Of a stretch of DNA of 64,000 bases, positions 37,758-50,369 are shown one piece after another. Positions within the stretch are counted from its first letter, which is position 1; each line of letters opens with the position of its first letter. This DNA comes from Malacoraja senta (taxonomy: Eukaryota), in the NCBI GenBank assembly GCA_038087875.1, contig CM075991.1, positions 5,270,001 to 5,334,000 of the forward strand, in the 5' to 3' direction. A model generated the notes under the pieces. That model was not told the origin of the DNA and made no database searches. It saw only the letters and a program-made list of their open reading frames with translations. The translations under genes were made by a program, and so were the position numbers.

Positions 37758-38198
37758 TTAGATGGATAAACCTACGAGCTGAATTTCATTCCAACCTCTG
37801 TGCATCATCGTTTATGTCTCTCGTTTCCCTTTTCCCTAACTAGTCTGAAGAAGGGTCTTCGGACCGAAACGTCACCCATTACTTCTCTCCAGAGATGCTA
37901 CCTGTCCCGCTGAGTTACTCCAGCTTTTTGTGTCTATCTTCATTCCAACACTATTGACTGCACTTCAAATTGGAAGATATAGTCTAGATCTGTCAATCAC
38001 TGCTTTAAAAATACCCATTGAATTGCCCAACGCAGCCGTCTGCGGCAATGAATTCCACAGATTCCCCACCCTCGAGCTCAAGAAATTCCTCCTCATCTCC
38101 TTTCTAAAGGGACGTCCTTTTATTCTGAGTTCCATGTTCTCCAGAGATGCTGTTTGACCCACCAAGTTACTCCAGCACTTTGTGTCTTCATTACAGTA

Positions 38199-38500
38199 TT
38201 TAGTTTAGTTTAGAGATACAGCGCAGAAACAGGCCCTTCGGCCCACCGAGTCCATGCCAACCAGTGATCCCCGCACATTAACACAATCCTACACACACTA
38301 GGGACAACTTACATTTATAACAAGCCAATAACCTACAAACCTGTACGTCTTTGGAGCGTGGGAGGAAATCGATGATCTCGGAGAAAACCCACGCAGGTCA
38401 CAAGGAAGAACGTAGAAACTCCGTCCTGAAAGCACCCATAGTCGGGATCGAACTCGGGTCTCCTGGTGCTGCAAGCGCTGTAAGGCAGCGACTCTACACT
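38199..38500 (-). mobile_element. HE1-type SINE (head-insertion variant)
   Basis: Reverse consensus with an extra CAGCGCTTG in the tRNA-like head. Confidence 0.85.
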
Positions 38501-38849
38501 GTGACGCTCCAATTCTACCATTGCTACATACCATTATTGAACTTAAAATTAAACAACTGTGAAACTTAGTGGACCCTTTCTAATATTTACTAAAACTCGG
38601 CAATATATTTTATGCCCATTTTAATTATGCACAATTGTAAATTGTACTAATTATATTGTGTGAAATGACTCAATTCATCCACAACGTGTTTCAAAGTTAG
38701 TCTCCGATGGTCTTGACATTTGTGCAGAGGGGTTCTATATTTGTCTCCATTCAGTTAACTGCAGGCACACTTCCTGAACAGAGCAGTTGCAGCTTCATGT
38801 CACTGCAAGGCAGAATAGTGACTGACTGCAGTTTCTAGCAAAGATAGAC

Positions 38850-38983
38850 GTGGTGGAAAATTGCAACCTTCACGTGGTCTGCCCTGTTTCGACTAATGCA
38901 ATCAACTCGACGTGCACAAACGGAAGATCAAATAGAACAAGTTGTCCTACAACTTTAGGCTGTGCACGCCACACGAAAGAAGA
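38850..38983 (+). mobile_element. Short non-LTR 3' fragment with (GAA)n tail, tentatively Vingi/Ingi-like
   Basis: 13-bp TSD AGCAAAGATAGAC (38837-38849 / 38984-38996); ends CCACACGAAAGAAGA. Confidence 0.65.
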
Positions 38984-39589
38984 AGCAAAGATAGACACAA
39001 AGTGCTGGAGTAACTCAGCGGGTCAGGCAGCATCTGTGGAGAAAAAAGGATGGGTGATATTTCAGGTGGGTACCCTTCTTCAGACTGAAAGTAGGGGATG
39101 GGGCGGGGTGAAGAGCTGGAAGCGAGAATATGCTAGTACCAGGATTGAGTTACTCCAGCACTTTGTGTCTATCTTTGGTAGAAACCAACATCTGTAGTTC
39201 TTTGCTTCCAATTGTTTCTACAGCTTCTAGCTGCAGGATGCTCATGCCTACAACCTTGACCAGGTTTGTGCTCCCTTCCCAGCTCCAACTATCCTGTTAT
39301 TGAATCTAATTATCACGGCACAATTTCCCAGTGAGATGCAATTTTTGCGGGACAGGTACTGCCGCTTGCAATTCTGCAGCTGACCATTAGAGGGTACACT
39401 GGCATCAAACTTGAGGGTTTAAAATAAATCAATGTTCAAAGTTGCACAGAAAACCACAAACAGTTTGGTCAAAGTCCATACTCAGCAAAATACTTCATCA
39501 GGTCTTAGTGAGACGTGCCTCTGTTCTACTACATTAAATCCCCTTTTTGAGACAGGTACCTGTTGTTTTTATAGAAAGGTTAGGATTGG

Positions 39590-40210
39590 GCCCGTGTCTC
39601 CTGGTCCGAGAACACTGATGCTATTATAAAGAAAACACATCAGCGCCTCTACTTCCTGAGAAGATTACGGAGAGTCGGTATGTCAAGGAGGACTCTCTCT
39701 AACTTCTACAGGTGGACAGTAGGGAGCATGCTATCGTGGCTTGATTCGGCAACTTGTGCGCCCAGGAGCGAAAAATACTACAAAAAGTAGTAAACACTGC
39801 CCAGTCCATCATCGGCTCTGACCTCCCATCGAGGGGATCTATCGCAGTCGCTGCCTCAAAAAGGCTGGCAGCATCATCAAGGACCCACACCATCCTGGCC
39901 ACACACTCATCTCCCCGCTACCTTCAGGTAGAAGGTACAGGAGCCTGAAGACTGCAACGTCCAGGTTCAGAAACAGCTTCTTCCCCAGAGCCATCAGGCT
40001 ATTGAACTCAACTCAAACAAAACTCTGAACATTAATAGCCCATTATCTGCTTATTTGCACTTTATCTGTTTTATTTATTCATATGTGTATATATTTATAC
40101 AATGGTATATGGACACACTGATCTGTTCTGTATTCATGCCTTCTATAATTCTGTTGTGCTGAAGCAAAGCAAGAATTTCATTGTCCTATCTGGGACACAT
40201 GACAATAAAC
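39590..40210 (+). mobile_element. Rex1/Babar-type LINE 3' fragment (same family as 23197-24491)
   Basis: Highly similar to the reverse complement of 23200-23790 ([10 protein letters not shown]..., QKVVNTAQSIIGSDLPS); ends GGACACATGACAATAAAC. Confidence 0.88.
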
Positions 40211-41086
40211 TGGAGGTTTTGTAGGTTTGTGAGTGACGCTATGAGGCAGCAGCTCCACAGCTGCGCCACTGTGCCACTCCTTATAAATATGTTTTGTGCA
40301 AGAAAACCAACCCCTGTCTATTTACTCACAGCCCCATCAATGTTTCTTCCTCAAATGTTGTCAGGTGCATTGTGAAAGACTCTTGCATCTTTGAATCTCT
40401 TTTCCAACATTATTCTTGACCCTTAGGGGGATCACTGGAGCTGTGAATGGGCAACGCTACTGATTTTAGTTTATTGTCACGTGTACCACGATACAATGAA
40501 AAGCTTTTTGTTGGATTTATATGATAAACAATCCACAGTGTACAGATAAAGGATGAAGCGAATAACATTTAATGCAAGATAAAGTCCAGTAAAGTCCAAT
40601 TTAAAATAGTCCCAGGGTCTCCGATGAGGTAGATGGGAGGTCAGGACCGCTCTCTAGCTGGTGATACAATGGTTCAGTTACCTGAGAAGAAACTTGCTCC
40701 CCCAACAATGTGTCGCTGGCTGCACAACATGAGCTGCCAGTTCCAACCTGCCTCAGCTCACATGCTTAGGTTATGATAATCATCCTGATGTAAGTATAAT
40801 TGGAGGTAGGCGGGGGAATGAATACTTCAAAGTTATTTTTAGCTGTGAAACTTACTTTTAGTCATAGTAATGAGTAAGCTTTCACTATTTTCTGATTGAC
40901 ATCACCAGTAGTTGGAACTTTCACAGACATTCCTCACAGGTCAGTGAAACTCTCCGAGTCAGGCAACACTCCAACTGAAGCCCACACGTCTTTCGACTTG
41001 GCAATGTATACCTCTACAACATCCACAGGCTCCCAACAACAAAGATTGGTTACATTGCCAAAAGATATTATCAGGGTTGAAGGTGT

Positions 41087-41416
41087 AGGAAAGAACTGCA
41101 GAGGCTTCCAGAGAGAGTTAGAAACATATAGCTCTTAGGGCTAACAGAATCAAGGGATATGGGGAGAAAGCAGGAACGGGGTACTGATTCTGGATGATCA
41201 GCCATGATCATATTGAATGGCAGTGCTGACTTGAAGGGCCGAATGGCCTACTCCTGCACCTATTTTCTATGTTTCTATGCTGGTTTAAACCGAAGATAGA
41301 CACAAAAACCCGAAGTGACTCAGCGGGTCGGACACATCATCTCTGGAGAAAAGAAACAGGTGACATTTCTAGTCAAGACGCTGTCTGACGCAGAGTTACT
41401 CCAGCTTTATGTGTCC
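41087..41416. mobile_element. Penelope-derived fold-back element with nested CR1 tail
   Basis: 17-bp TSD ATCAGGGTTGAAGGTGT (41070-41086 / 41417-41433); CR1 3' end nested at about 41103-41278. Confidence 0.75.
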
Positions 41417-41736
41417 ATCAGGGTTGAAGGTGTTCAATTCTTCGCGAGTTCGCTCAAAACCAGAATGATTATTACTGTGGGATTAATGACTTCACTCTCG
41501 CAATATTCTGACTTGTGTAATACTATCATCTCCAAGTCCTGACATGCTATTGGAGAATTTTCATATTTCCTTACAATTAGAAGCCAAATGATCTGGCTCT
41601 CCGAGCAATCCCGTCCCCCTCTTATTTCCCTGTAAACTATTCTCTCTCACAGGCACAGCCGTTGCCCACCTATCGTCTGAGGGGTCATTCACAGTGGACA
41701 ACCTGTGTGGATGTGGGAGGAAACCAGAGCTCCGAA

Positions 41737-42364
41737 TGGGCCTGTCCCACTTGGCAATATTTTAGGCAACTGCCGGCGACTGTCATAGTCGTAGCAGGTC
41801 GGCGAATAACCGGCGACAACCTACGTCATCCTGGCAACAACCTACGACAGCACCTATGTCAGGAGAAGTCAAGCTACACTCATTGGCGTCAAACCCACTG
41901 TCGGCAAAAAAATTTCAACGTTGAAAGAATTCTTAAAACATGTTTTAAGAATAAGGAGTAAACCATTTAGAATGGAGAGGAGGAAACACTTTTTCTCACA
42001 GAGAGTGGTGAGTCTGTGGAATTCTCTGCCTCAGAGGGCGGTGGAGGCAGGTTCTCTGGATGCTTTCAAGAGAGAGCTAGATAGGGCTCTTAAAAATAGC
42101 GGTGAGGGGATATGGGGAGAAGGCTGGAACGGGGTACTGATTGGGGATGATCAGCCATGATCACATTGAATGGCGGCGCTGGCTCGAAGGGCCGAATGGC
42201 CTACTCCTGCACCTATTGTCTATTGAAAATTTAGTGGCAACCAGAAAGACGCTACGACTTTTTGCGTGACTGAGGAGACTACTCCCAGCGACCACCGGCG
42301 AACATGTGGCGACAAGCTAGTCGGCTGTAGTTGCCTAAAAAATCGCCTAAGTGGGACAGGCCCA
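41737..42364. mobile_element. PIF/Harbinger-type MITE interrupted by a CR1 3' fragment
   Basis: TIR TGGGCCTGTCCCACTT / AAGTGGGACAGGCCCA; CR1 tail at about 41944-42224 inserted at the central TTTCAACGTTGAAA palindrome. Confidence 0.82.
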
Positions 42365-43019
42365 TTACAAGAGCTCACCCGTTGATGGAGAGAACGTGAA
42401 AACTTTTCACTGTATCTCGCTACATGTGACAGTAAAGTAAACTAAACTTAAATGGGTAAATTTCACTGGCCGATTAACGTATTGCCACATCTTTGACATG
42501 AGAGAGAGAACAGGTTGTCGGGGCTACAGATAAACGAGGAAACTGGGAAAGATGGGTTTGGGAGACTGTGGCCAACTCTTATGTCAAACAACTCAAGGAA
42601 TGAGTGATAAATTGGTCATTTTTGCCACTTGCCCACACTCAGGGGAGGATTCAGAAGAAACGATTATGCAAATTCCATGAAAGCAGGTTAAAAAGCTGCT
42701 TGATGTCCAATAATTACATCATATTCAGAAATTAATCATTAGATCTGTAGTTGCTGCATTTCTCGTATAGATGTTGAGAGATGTTTAGGGTTTGCTCCAC
42801 TGTGAAAATCTCCTCAAGGTATGCTTACTTAGAAGAAGTTCTCCTCCTTTCTCCGACAGTTCTGCAACACCCTCTCTCTCTCTCTGCACCCACTCTGATT
42901 CCTCCTGCTAGCAGTCTGAAGAAGCGTTTCGACCCAAAACATCACTTATTCCTTTTCTCCAGAGATGCTGCCTGACCTGCTGAGTTACTCCAGCATTTTG
43001 TGTCGATCTTCGAAATATG

Positions 43020-44120
43020 TTTAGTTTATTATTCTCACATGTATCAAGGTGCACTGAAAAGCTTTGTTTGTGTGCTATCTAATCAAAGAAAAATGCTATG
43101 CATTATAATCAAGCCAGACAGTGTACAGATAAGGGATACAATATTTAGTGCAAGATAAAGTTTGATTAAAGATAGTTCAAATGTCTCCAATGAGGTAGAT
43201 ATGAGGTAAGAATGCACACCAGCTGATGAGACCCTTTAGTTGCCTGTCCCAGAATCTGGAGGTATGCGCTTTCAAACTTCTGTACCTCTTACCTGATAGG
43301 AAAGGGAAGAAGAGGGAGTGACCAGGGTGAGACTGGTTCTTGATTATGCTGGTGACCGTACCAAGACAGTGTGAAGTGTAGATGGAGGCAATGGAGGGAG
43401 TTTATGTGATGGTCTGGGCTACGTCCACAACTCTTTGCAATTTCTGTGTAGGAAGAAACTGCAGACACTGGTTTAGACCGAAGATAGACACAAAACGCTG
43501 GAGTAACTCAGCGGGACAGAGTCTGAAGAAGGGTCTCGACCAGAACCAAGGGCCAGTCTTAGAATAAAGGGGAGGCCATTTAGGACTGAGGTGAGAAAAA
43601 ACGTTTTCACCCAGAGAGTTGTGAAACTGTGGAATTCCCCGCCACAGAGGGCAGTGGAGGCCAAATCACTGGATGGATTTAAGAGAGTTAGATAGAGCTC
43701 TAGAGGCTGGTGGAATCAAGGGATATGGGGAGAAGGCAGGCACGGGTTATTGATTGGGGACGATCAGCTATGATCACATTGAATGAGGGTGCTGGCTCGA
43801 AGGGCCGAATGAAATAGAAACCTATTTTCTGTTTCTATGAAACGTCACCCATTCCTTCTCTCCAGAGATGTTGCCTGTCCAGCTGAGTTACTCCCAGCCT
43901 TTTGTGTCTATCTTTGCAATTTCTTGCTGTTTTGGATGGAGCTCTTCCCAAACCAGGCTGTGATGCATCCCAATAAAATGCTCTCTTCGGCACATCTGTA
44001 TAAGTTGCTGGGAACATGCAAGACTTCCTAAGCCGTCGAAGGAAGTAGAGGCTTTGTGTGTTTGGCCATAGCTTCAATGTGGCTGGTCCTGGACAAATTG
44101 CTGGTGATATTTATTCTTAG
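43020..44120 (-). mobile_element. Older Rex1-type LINE 3' region with nested Penelope-derived element and CR1 tail (43542-43838)
   Basis: [13 protein letters not shown] frame at 43990-44077; CR1 splits the hammerhead-like motif GTCTGAAGAAGGGTCTCGACC|GAAACGTCACC. Confidence 0.7.
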
Positions 44121-44384
44121 GAATCTAATTCTAATTCATTTTATCAGGAATGGTTGCAGTACTCTCAACATTCCAGCAGGGGTCAATGTCTCCCACTGTG
44201 GCAATCCATTCTCTTTAGATTAAAAAAGCATATGACCTGTTTCGTAAGTTTGAGACAAGTAACATTGAGCTGGTGGTGTCTGTCATTTTCTCCTTGGGGG
44301 CTTATCCTTCTTCTTGTGGATCTTGACTTCCAAGGATGGAGGCACAAGGGGCAGCAGATACTGGAATCTGGAGTCATATTTTGT

Positions 44385-44635
44385 GCTCCTGATATGGCCT
44401 TACATCAGAGACCAAGCACAGACTAGGCGACCACTGGATTGAATAATTGACCTGGATTGCCCTGTGACCAGCCATTTTAATTTCTCTTCCCAACCCCACA
44501 CCGACCTGTCTGTCCTTGGTCTCTAATACTGCCTGAGTGAGGCCACATGTAAACTGGAAGAACAGCACCTTATATTCCTTTTGGGTACCTTACAACCCAA
44601 TGGCATGAATATCGAATTCTCCAGCTTCAGGTTAA
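44385..44635 (+). mobile_element. Degenerate Penelope-like GIY-YIG fragment
   Basis: Encodes ...DLSVLGL..CKLEEQHLIFLLGTLQPNGMNIEFSSFR with stops and frameshifts. Confidence 0.8.
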
Positions 44636-44739
44636 ATCCCCCCTCTCCTCCTTCACATTCCTTCTTTCCATTGCCCCCACCTAGTTCCCTCCTCCATGTC
44701 AAGTATTGCCTGGACTGACAACTGAAATATTTCTGCCCC

Positions 44740-45045
44740 CCACTGTGGCGCAGCTGGTAGAACTGCTGCTTCACAGCGTAAAAGACTGGGTTCGATCCTG
44801 ACCTTGGGTGCTGTCTATGTGGAGTTTGGACGTTCTCCGTGACTGCGTGGGTTTCCTCCGGTTTACTCCCACATTCCAAAGACGTGCAGGTTTGTAGATT
44901 AATTGCCTTTCTGTAAATTTCCCTTAGTGTGCAGAGAGTGGATGAGAAGACGAGATAACATAGAACTAGTGTGAAAGGGGGGGAATCAATAATCAATGTG
45001 GACTCTGTTAGGCCAAGGTTGTGCTTCCATGCTGTATCTCCAAAT
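44740..45045 (+). mobile_element. HE1-type SINE
   Basis: Consensus motifs. Confidence 0.82.
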
Positions 45046-47239
45046 TTACGGGCGGCAGAGATTGAAGCACAATATCAAGAGCCAGAAACGGTGTCACGTG
45101 TAACGTAGATATTCGATAAAACCCTCAGGCTTAAACTAGGAAAATGCATTGAGGATTCTTCCTCTGACTCAGCCATCCACGTACAAGGAGAGGAGAAATG
45201 TATTCACTCAAAGGCTGAGAACTGAAGGGTTGGAGGCAACCAGCCTTAAATATACATAAGAAAGAGGAACTTGGAGGAAAAGGAATAGAGATGTGATAGG
45301 AAACAAGGCTAATGGCCAGCCATGATCACAGGTATGGTAAAGCAAATACAAAGAGCCAAATGGAGTTACACAGCATGGAAACAGGCCCCACGGCCCAACT
45401 TATCCAAGCCAACCAAGATGCCTCACCTAAGTTAGTCCAATTTACCTGCTGCTGATCTATATCCCTTTAAACCTATCCTAACCATGTACTTGTCCAAGTG
45501 TTTTTGAAGGCTATTACAGTACTTGGCTCATCTACCTCCCCTGGCATCTCATTCCATTAACCCACCATCCTCCGTCAAAAAGTTGCCCCTCAGGTCCTTG
45601 TTAAATCTTTTCCCCTCTCACCTCTATGTCTTTTGGTTCTTGCTTTCCCCTACCCTGGGTAAAAGAAATGCATTCACCCTATCTATTCTAAACATGTACA
45701 CATGGTTGTGTAGGAAAAACTACAGATGCTGGTTTAAATCAAAGATAGGCACAAAATGGTGGAGCAACTCAGCGGGACAGGCAGCATCTCCGGAGAGAAA
45801 GAATGGGTGACGTTCCTGGTCGAGACCCTTCTTCAAACTGATCAACATAGTTTTTCAGTTCAGAGAAACAAGCGCTTCGGCCCGCCAATCAGCGGTCACA
45901 CATACACTACTTCTATCCTACACACATGGGATAATTTACAGAAGCCAATTAATCTACAAACCTGTACCTTTTTGGAATGTGGGAGGAAACCAGAGAACCC
46001 GGAGAAAACACAAAAGTATCACAGGGGGAATGTACAAACTCCGTACAGACAGCAAGCGAGGTCAGGATCAAACCCGGGTCCCTAGCGCTGTAAGGCAGCA
46101 ACTTTATTCAAACTTTAAGACCGCCTTGGTTCTATTTTATTATTTCTATCTGAAATGACTGGCTCTTTTATCCCTTTGCACTGATGTGTGAGGGTTCTAG
46201 TCTTGCACTGTTGGCTTTGTTTGACTGGAATCCCCTTTTGTGGGCCGTGGTAACATGCTCTGATTTCTTTCGCACCCATCTCCCCACCATCCGTGCGACA
46301 GGAGCAAAAACCCTGTGTGAGAAAAACTACATCTCTCGGCGTTGTTCCAGGGAAAGCATTGTAAGCAACTTCCCCTTTCTTGGTATTGACTCCACACTCT
46401 GCCTCCACTGGGTAGGTGTTCCCCATCAGAAGAAATCCGTGTCACCATGGTCAATAGTGCTTTTAATAGAGTGCAGAAAATATGACATCTAATAATATTT
46501 ACAAACATTACAAATTCATATCCCATTGAAGCAACCTCGAGGTGCAAGAAGACCCAACTTTTACATGGCTCTACATTTTTCTCATTATATCAGGAACAAT
46601 GAATCAAATAACCATAATCACCATCACCTTCAATCTGCAGAGCAATCCCACATTTCCTTCATTCGGTTCTTGGGGTAACACTTTGCTGAGAGCTCCAGTT
46701 CCTCAACAGTATCATGGCATTTTCTCCCCAGATGTAACATGAACAGTTGCCACGAAGCAGAGGGGAAACCAGGAAGCATACAGTGCCGCAGTTTAACACG
46801 GGGCTGGTAAAAAGCGACAGAATGTGTGTTTAGGTTAAAAGTGCAAAAACAGAGTCAGCAAAGTTGGTGGGGTCAGCAAGAGGTGTTGTCCAAACCTTAA
46901 CGTCGGACCCACATTAAACTTGGGTTCAGCCATTTAAATTGGCCGCTCAACCTCAGGTAATAGAACGTTTTGGTATTCTGGCTATGGGTCATTCAACAAT
47001 AATGCATATCCAGCTCAAACTCTTTCCCAACTCGTCAAATTAGAGAAGTAAGTACAGGGAATACCGAACTGGCTGGATTTTGAGGATCCAGAGTTGGAAT
47101 GGGATGTAGCCTTTGAGCTGTAATTTGGACATCATGGGAGTAGGAACGTGGTGGGGAAGGTCAAGGGCAGCAATCTCTTTTTCAATAAAGTGCCGAAAGT
47201 TACATTCAAAATGATCCTGAGTTGTACCTGGTATTCCTT

Positions 47240-48785
47240 ATTTGGGAAGCGATTACAAGACGCTTAGCAAAGTAGAACATGATTAGATAAAGTCGCGTGT
47301 TTTTACTCATGGGAAATTGTGTTCATCAAATTTTCCAGAGAGCGCTTTGAGAATGATGGGACAGATGGAAGGGAGCCAGTGGATGTAGTGTTTGGAGTTT
47401 CCAATAGCGTTTCCGACAATGTGTAGGTTTCTAGGTTAATTGCCGTAAATTGCCCCCTAGTGTGGTTGGGGGGGAATTGAAAAGAAAGTGCAGTAGTATA
47501 GAACTAGTTTAAACGGGTGATCGATGCTCGGTGTGGACTCGGTGGGCTGAAGGATCTCGACCCGAAATGTCACCCATTCCTTCACTCCAGAGATGCTGCC
47601 TGTCCCGCTGATTTACTCCAGCATTTTGTGTCTATCTTCGGTGTGCTGAAGGGCGTTTTCATGCTGTATCCTTCAATCAGTCAATGTACAAAAATATGAG
47701 TGATATAAATAGGAGAGATAGCTGGAAACTCCCCATAGGAAGTGTCAAAAACAAGGTGGAGGTCATTGGTTTACAACAAAAGCAAGAGATTCAGAGGAAA
47801 TCTGAGGAAGAATGTTTTCACCCAGAGGGGGCCTGGAATCAGAGCGTGAGCAGTGGAAATAGGTGCTCGCATAACATTTAAGTATCTAGATGGGCACTTG
47901 CATCTCCAAGGCTTTGGAGGCGATGGACCAAGCGCTAGTGAATGGGAATAGTATAGATAAGTACTTGGTAAGTTTCTGTGCTGCATGTGGCTATGCAAAG
48001 GGATATAGACAGATTTAAATGAGTGCGCAATGATATGGCAAATGGAATATTGAGAGGTGAAACGTGAAACTATGGTCAGAAGAAGAAAAATGCAGGACAT
48101 TATTGAAATAAGTGGAAGACATTAAATATTAGTGTTCAGAAAGGTTTTGTCAGCTTCATTCTAGAAACAAAAAAATAACCTGTAAAGATGCAAGTAATGA
48201 GGAAGGAAAAGAGGATGAGCCCTGATGGCAGGGAAATTTCAAGTAGGGAAGTCTTGCCACAACTGCACGTTTTCGCCAGAGACCATGCTCACAGACTACA
48301 TAAAGCTACAGTCCCCTTATTCAGGAAAGAAGGTTGTTTGGACTTTGAGGTGGTTCTGCAGATGTTTGATAGAAGGGTGGGATGAGAGGATCTTCCTAAT
48401 ACAAAAGTTTAAGCAGACTGGACCCATATTGTCTACAGTTTAGCTAATGAACAGCAGTCTCTTTGAGATTAGCTAAACTATAGACAATAAACTGTAGACC
48501 CTTTTTGGAGATAAAGACTGAGTGGATGTCTCTTCTGGTGCAGGAGTGAATCTCAGGATACAGCATCACCAACTGGAACCATGAGGAAGAATTACTCCCA
48601 TCAGAGGGCTGTGAACTTTTGGAGCATCAGAGTGTGAGGTTTCAAGGCTAAGGCACAAAGATCTTCGAATTAAGGTGGAATCCAGGCTTATGGAATCAGG
48701 CACAAAAATGAAGTTAAAACAATATGGTCTTAATAAACAAAGGAGCAGGTTTGAGGGAGCTCTGTGACCTACTCTTGATCATATT
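47240..48785 (+). mobile_element. Ancient fragmented CR1 (RT region to 3' end) with younger inserts
   Basis: Degenerate GKSCLTN-like and EPVDVV...AFDKV segment at 47310-47423; QRDIDRL..W..IWQMEY at 47995-48050. Confidence 0.65.
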
Positions 48786-49161
48786 TTCTAAACTCAGGGT
48801 TTATATATAATTTTTTTTAAACCTGTATATAATTTACTTTTCCGTGTTAAACTGTTCAGGTCTGTGTTTGAGGGGAATACCTCAGCTTCATGTTAAGAAG
48901 GTCCATGGCTTCCACGATTTGTTTAATCTCCAACAGTTGTGCCAATTGTCCCACATATTATTTTCTCCCAAACATTGTTCTTTCCAAACTTCCATGGGAT
49001 GGAAAGGTGGATCCGTTCCTTCTAAAACCCAAACCTGTTTTTCAGGAAGGGCAGTGACTGAAGTCCAGGCACTTTGTAACAAGGAGAGTGAATGTGAACC
49101 CTTCACTCTATGTCAAACCGAGGACTGATAAAAGAGATATTTCTCAGCATTCTTTGGCTTA

Positions 49162-49397
49162 AGGGCCTGTCCCACTTGCCGATTTTTTCGGCGATGCCGG
49201 CATCATTCACTGACGTATCAGGTCACCGAAAAAATGGCGGCGCGATGACGTATTGGCGCGCGGTGTTTCCTCAAGTGCCGCAACATTTTTTTTGTCGCCG
49301 TTGGATTTTGAAATGTTCAAAATCTTTCCGCGGCTCTGATACGTCAGTCAATGATGCCGGCAGTCGCCGAATAAAATCGCAAAGTGGGACAGGCCCT
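49162..49397. mobile_element. PIF/Harbinger-type MITE
   Basis: TIR AGGGCCTGTCCCACTT; TTA TSD on both sides (49159-49161 / 49398-49400). Confidence 0.85.
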
Positions 49398-49697
49398 TTA
49401 GAGTCACAGAGCATGGAAACAGGCCCTTCAGCCCAACTTGCCCATGCTGACCAGGATGCCCCATCTACACACGTCCCACCTGCCCGCGTTTGGCCCACAT
49501 CCCTCTAAACCGTAAAGACACAAAGGGGGGGTAACAGGATAAAAAAGGTAGGATTTCTAGATCATTGTCCAAAGACATTCCACATTTCACCAGTTTCTCA
49601 AATGATTTCCCACCTACACATTGATTGGATTATTCTGAACATCAGAGTCTGAAGCCAGTGTGGAATCAGTATTCAGTCCATGTACAACTTTTCAAAT

Positions 49698-49844
49698 TCA
49701 GTCATCTGCCACTATAGACAGGGCCCGCAGCTCATTGAGCTTGGCTTCATTCTCCTTCTGTCGTTCTTCATCACTGATACCCTGCTGGTCAATTTGGCCA
49801 GTGAGGTCTCCAAATATCTTGGACATCTCTGTGTAGTATACGAC
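49698..49844 (-). CDS. BIN3: Terminal coding exon of bridging integrator 3 (BAR-domain protein)
   Basis: Minus-strand translation VVYYTEMSKIFGDLTGQIDQQGISDEERQKENEAKLNELRALSIVADD* closely matches the vertebrate BIN3 C-terminus as recalled (VVYYSEMHKIFGDL...ENEAKLSELRALSIVADD). It is preceded by a polypyrimidine tract and AG acceptor (TGTGTTTCTTTTTCCAG, AG at 49846-49845), phase 0. Upstream exons are not found in the window. Confidence 0.95.
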   Translation of the reverse strand, partial: VVYYTEMSKIFGDLTGQIDQQGISDEERQKENEAKLNELRALSIVADD

Positions 49845-49919
49845 CTGGAAAAAGAAACACAACAGGTGGTGAGATAGACGTAAAACAGAATGCACTTCAG
49901 ATTTCATAATATAATTAGC

Positions 49920-50230
49920 GGGCAGCAAGGTAGCCTAGCGGTAGAGCTACTGCCTTACAGCGCCAGAGACCCCGGTTCAATCCTGACTAGGGGTGCTGTC
50001 TCGACAGTTTGTACATTCTCCTCGTGACCTGCGTGGGTTTTCTGAGATCTTAGGATTCCTCCCACACTCCAAAGATGTATAGGTTTGTAGGTTAATTGGC
50101 TCGGTATAAATGTAAATTGTCCCTAGTGTGTGTGGGATAGTGTTAGTGTTAGTGTTAGGGATCGCTGGTCAGTGCGGACTCAGTGGGCCGAAGGGCCCGT
50201 TTCTGCACAGTATCTCTAAACTAAACTAAA
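49920..50230 (+). mobile_element. HE1-type SINE (BIN3 last intron)
   Basis: Full-length consensus. Confidence 0.88.
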
Positions 50231-50369
50231 CAATACCACAACTTCGGACTGACCACCTGGTCCTTCTGCCTTTCCAGCCAGGTGCACACAACTAGCTTTC
50301 ATCTCCATTCCAATTGAGCTAGCGGACTCATATTTGAGTAGTGAGTGGTATCCCACCGGCTGAGAAAGA

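Noticed and set aside
46115..46547. Three overlapping 100-116-aa ORFs
   Set aside because: No recognisable homology and no convincing splice sites.
1..49000. Exons of genes that neighbour BIN3 in mammals (for example CCAR2)
   Set aside because: No recognisable coding exons found by eye; synteny alone is not evidence.
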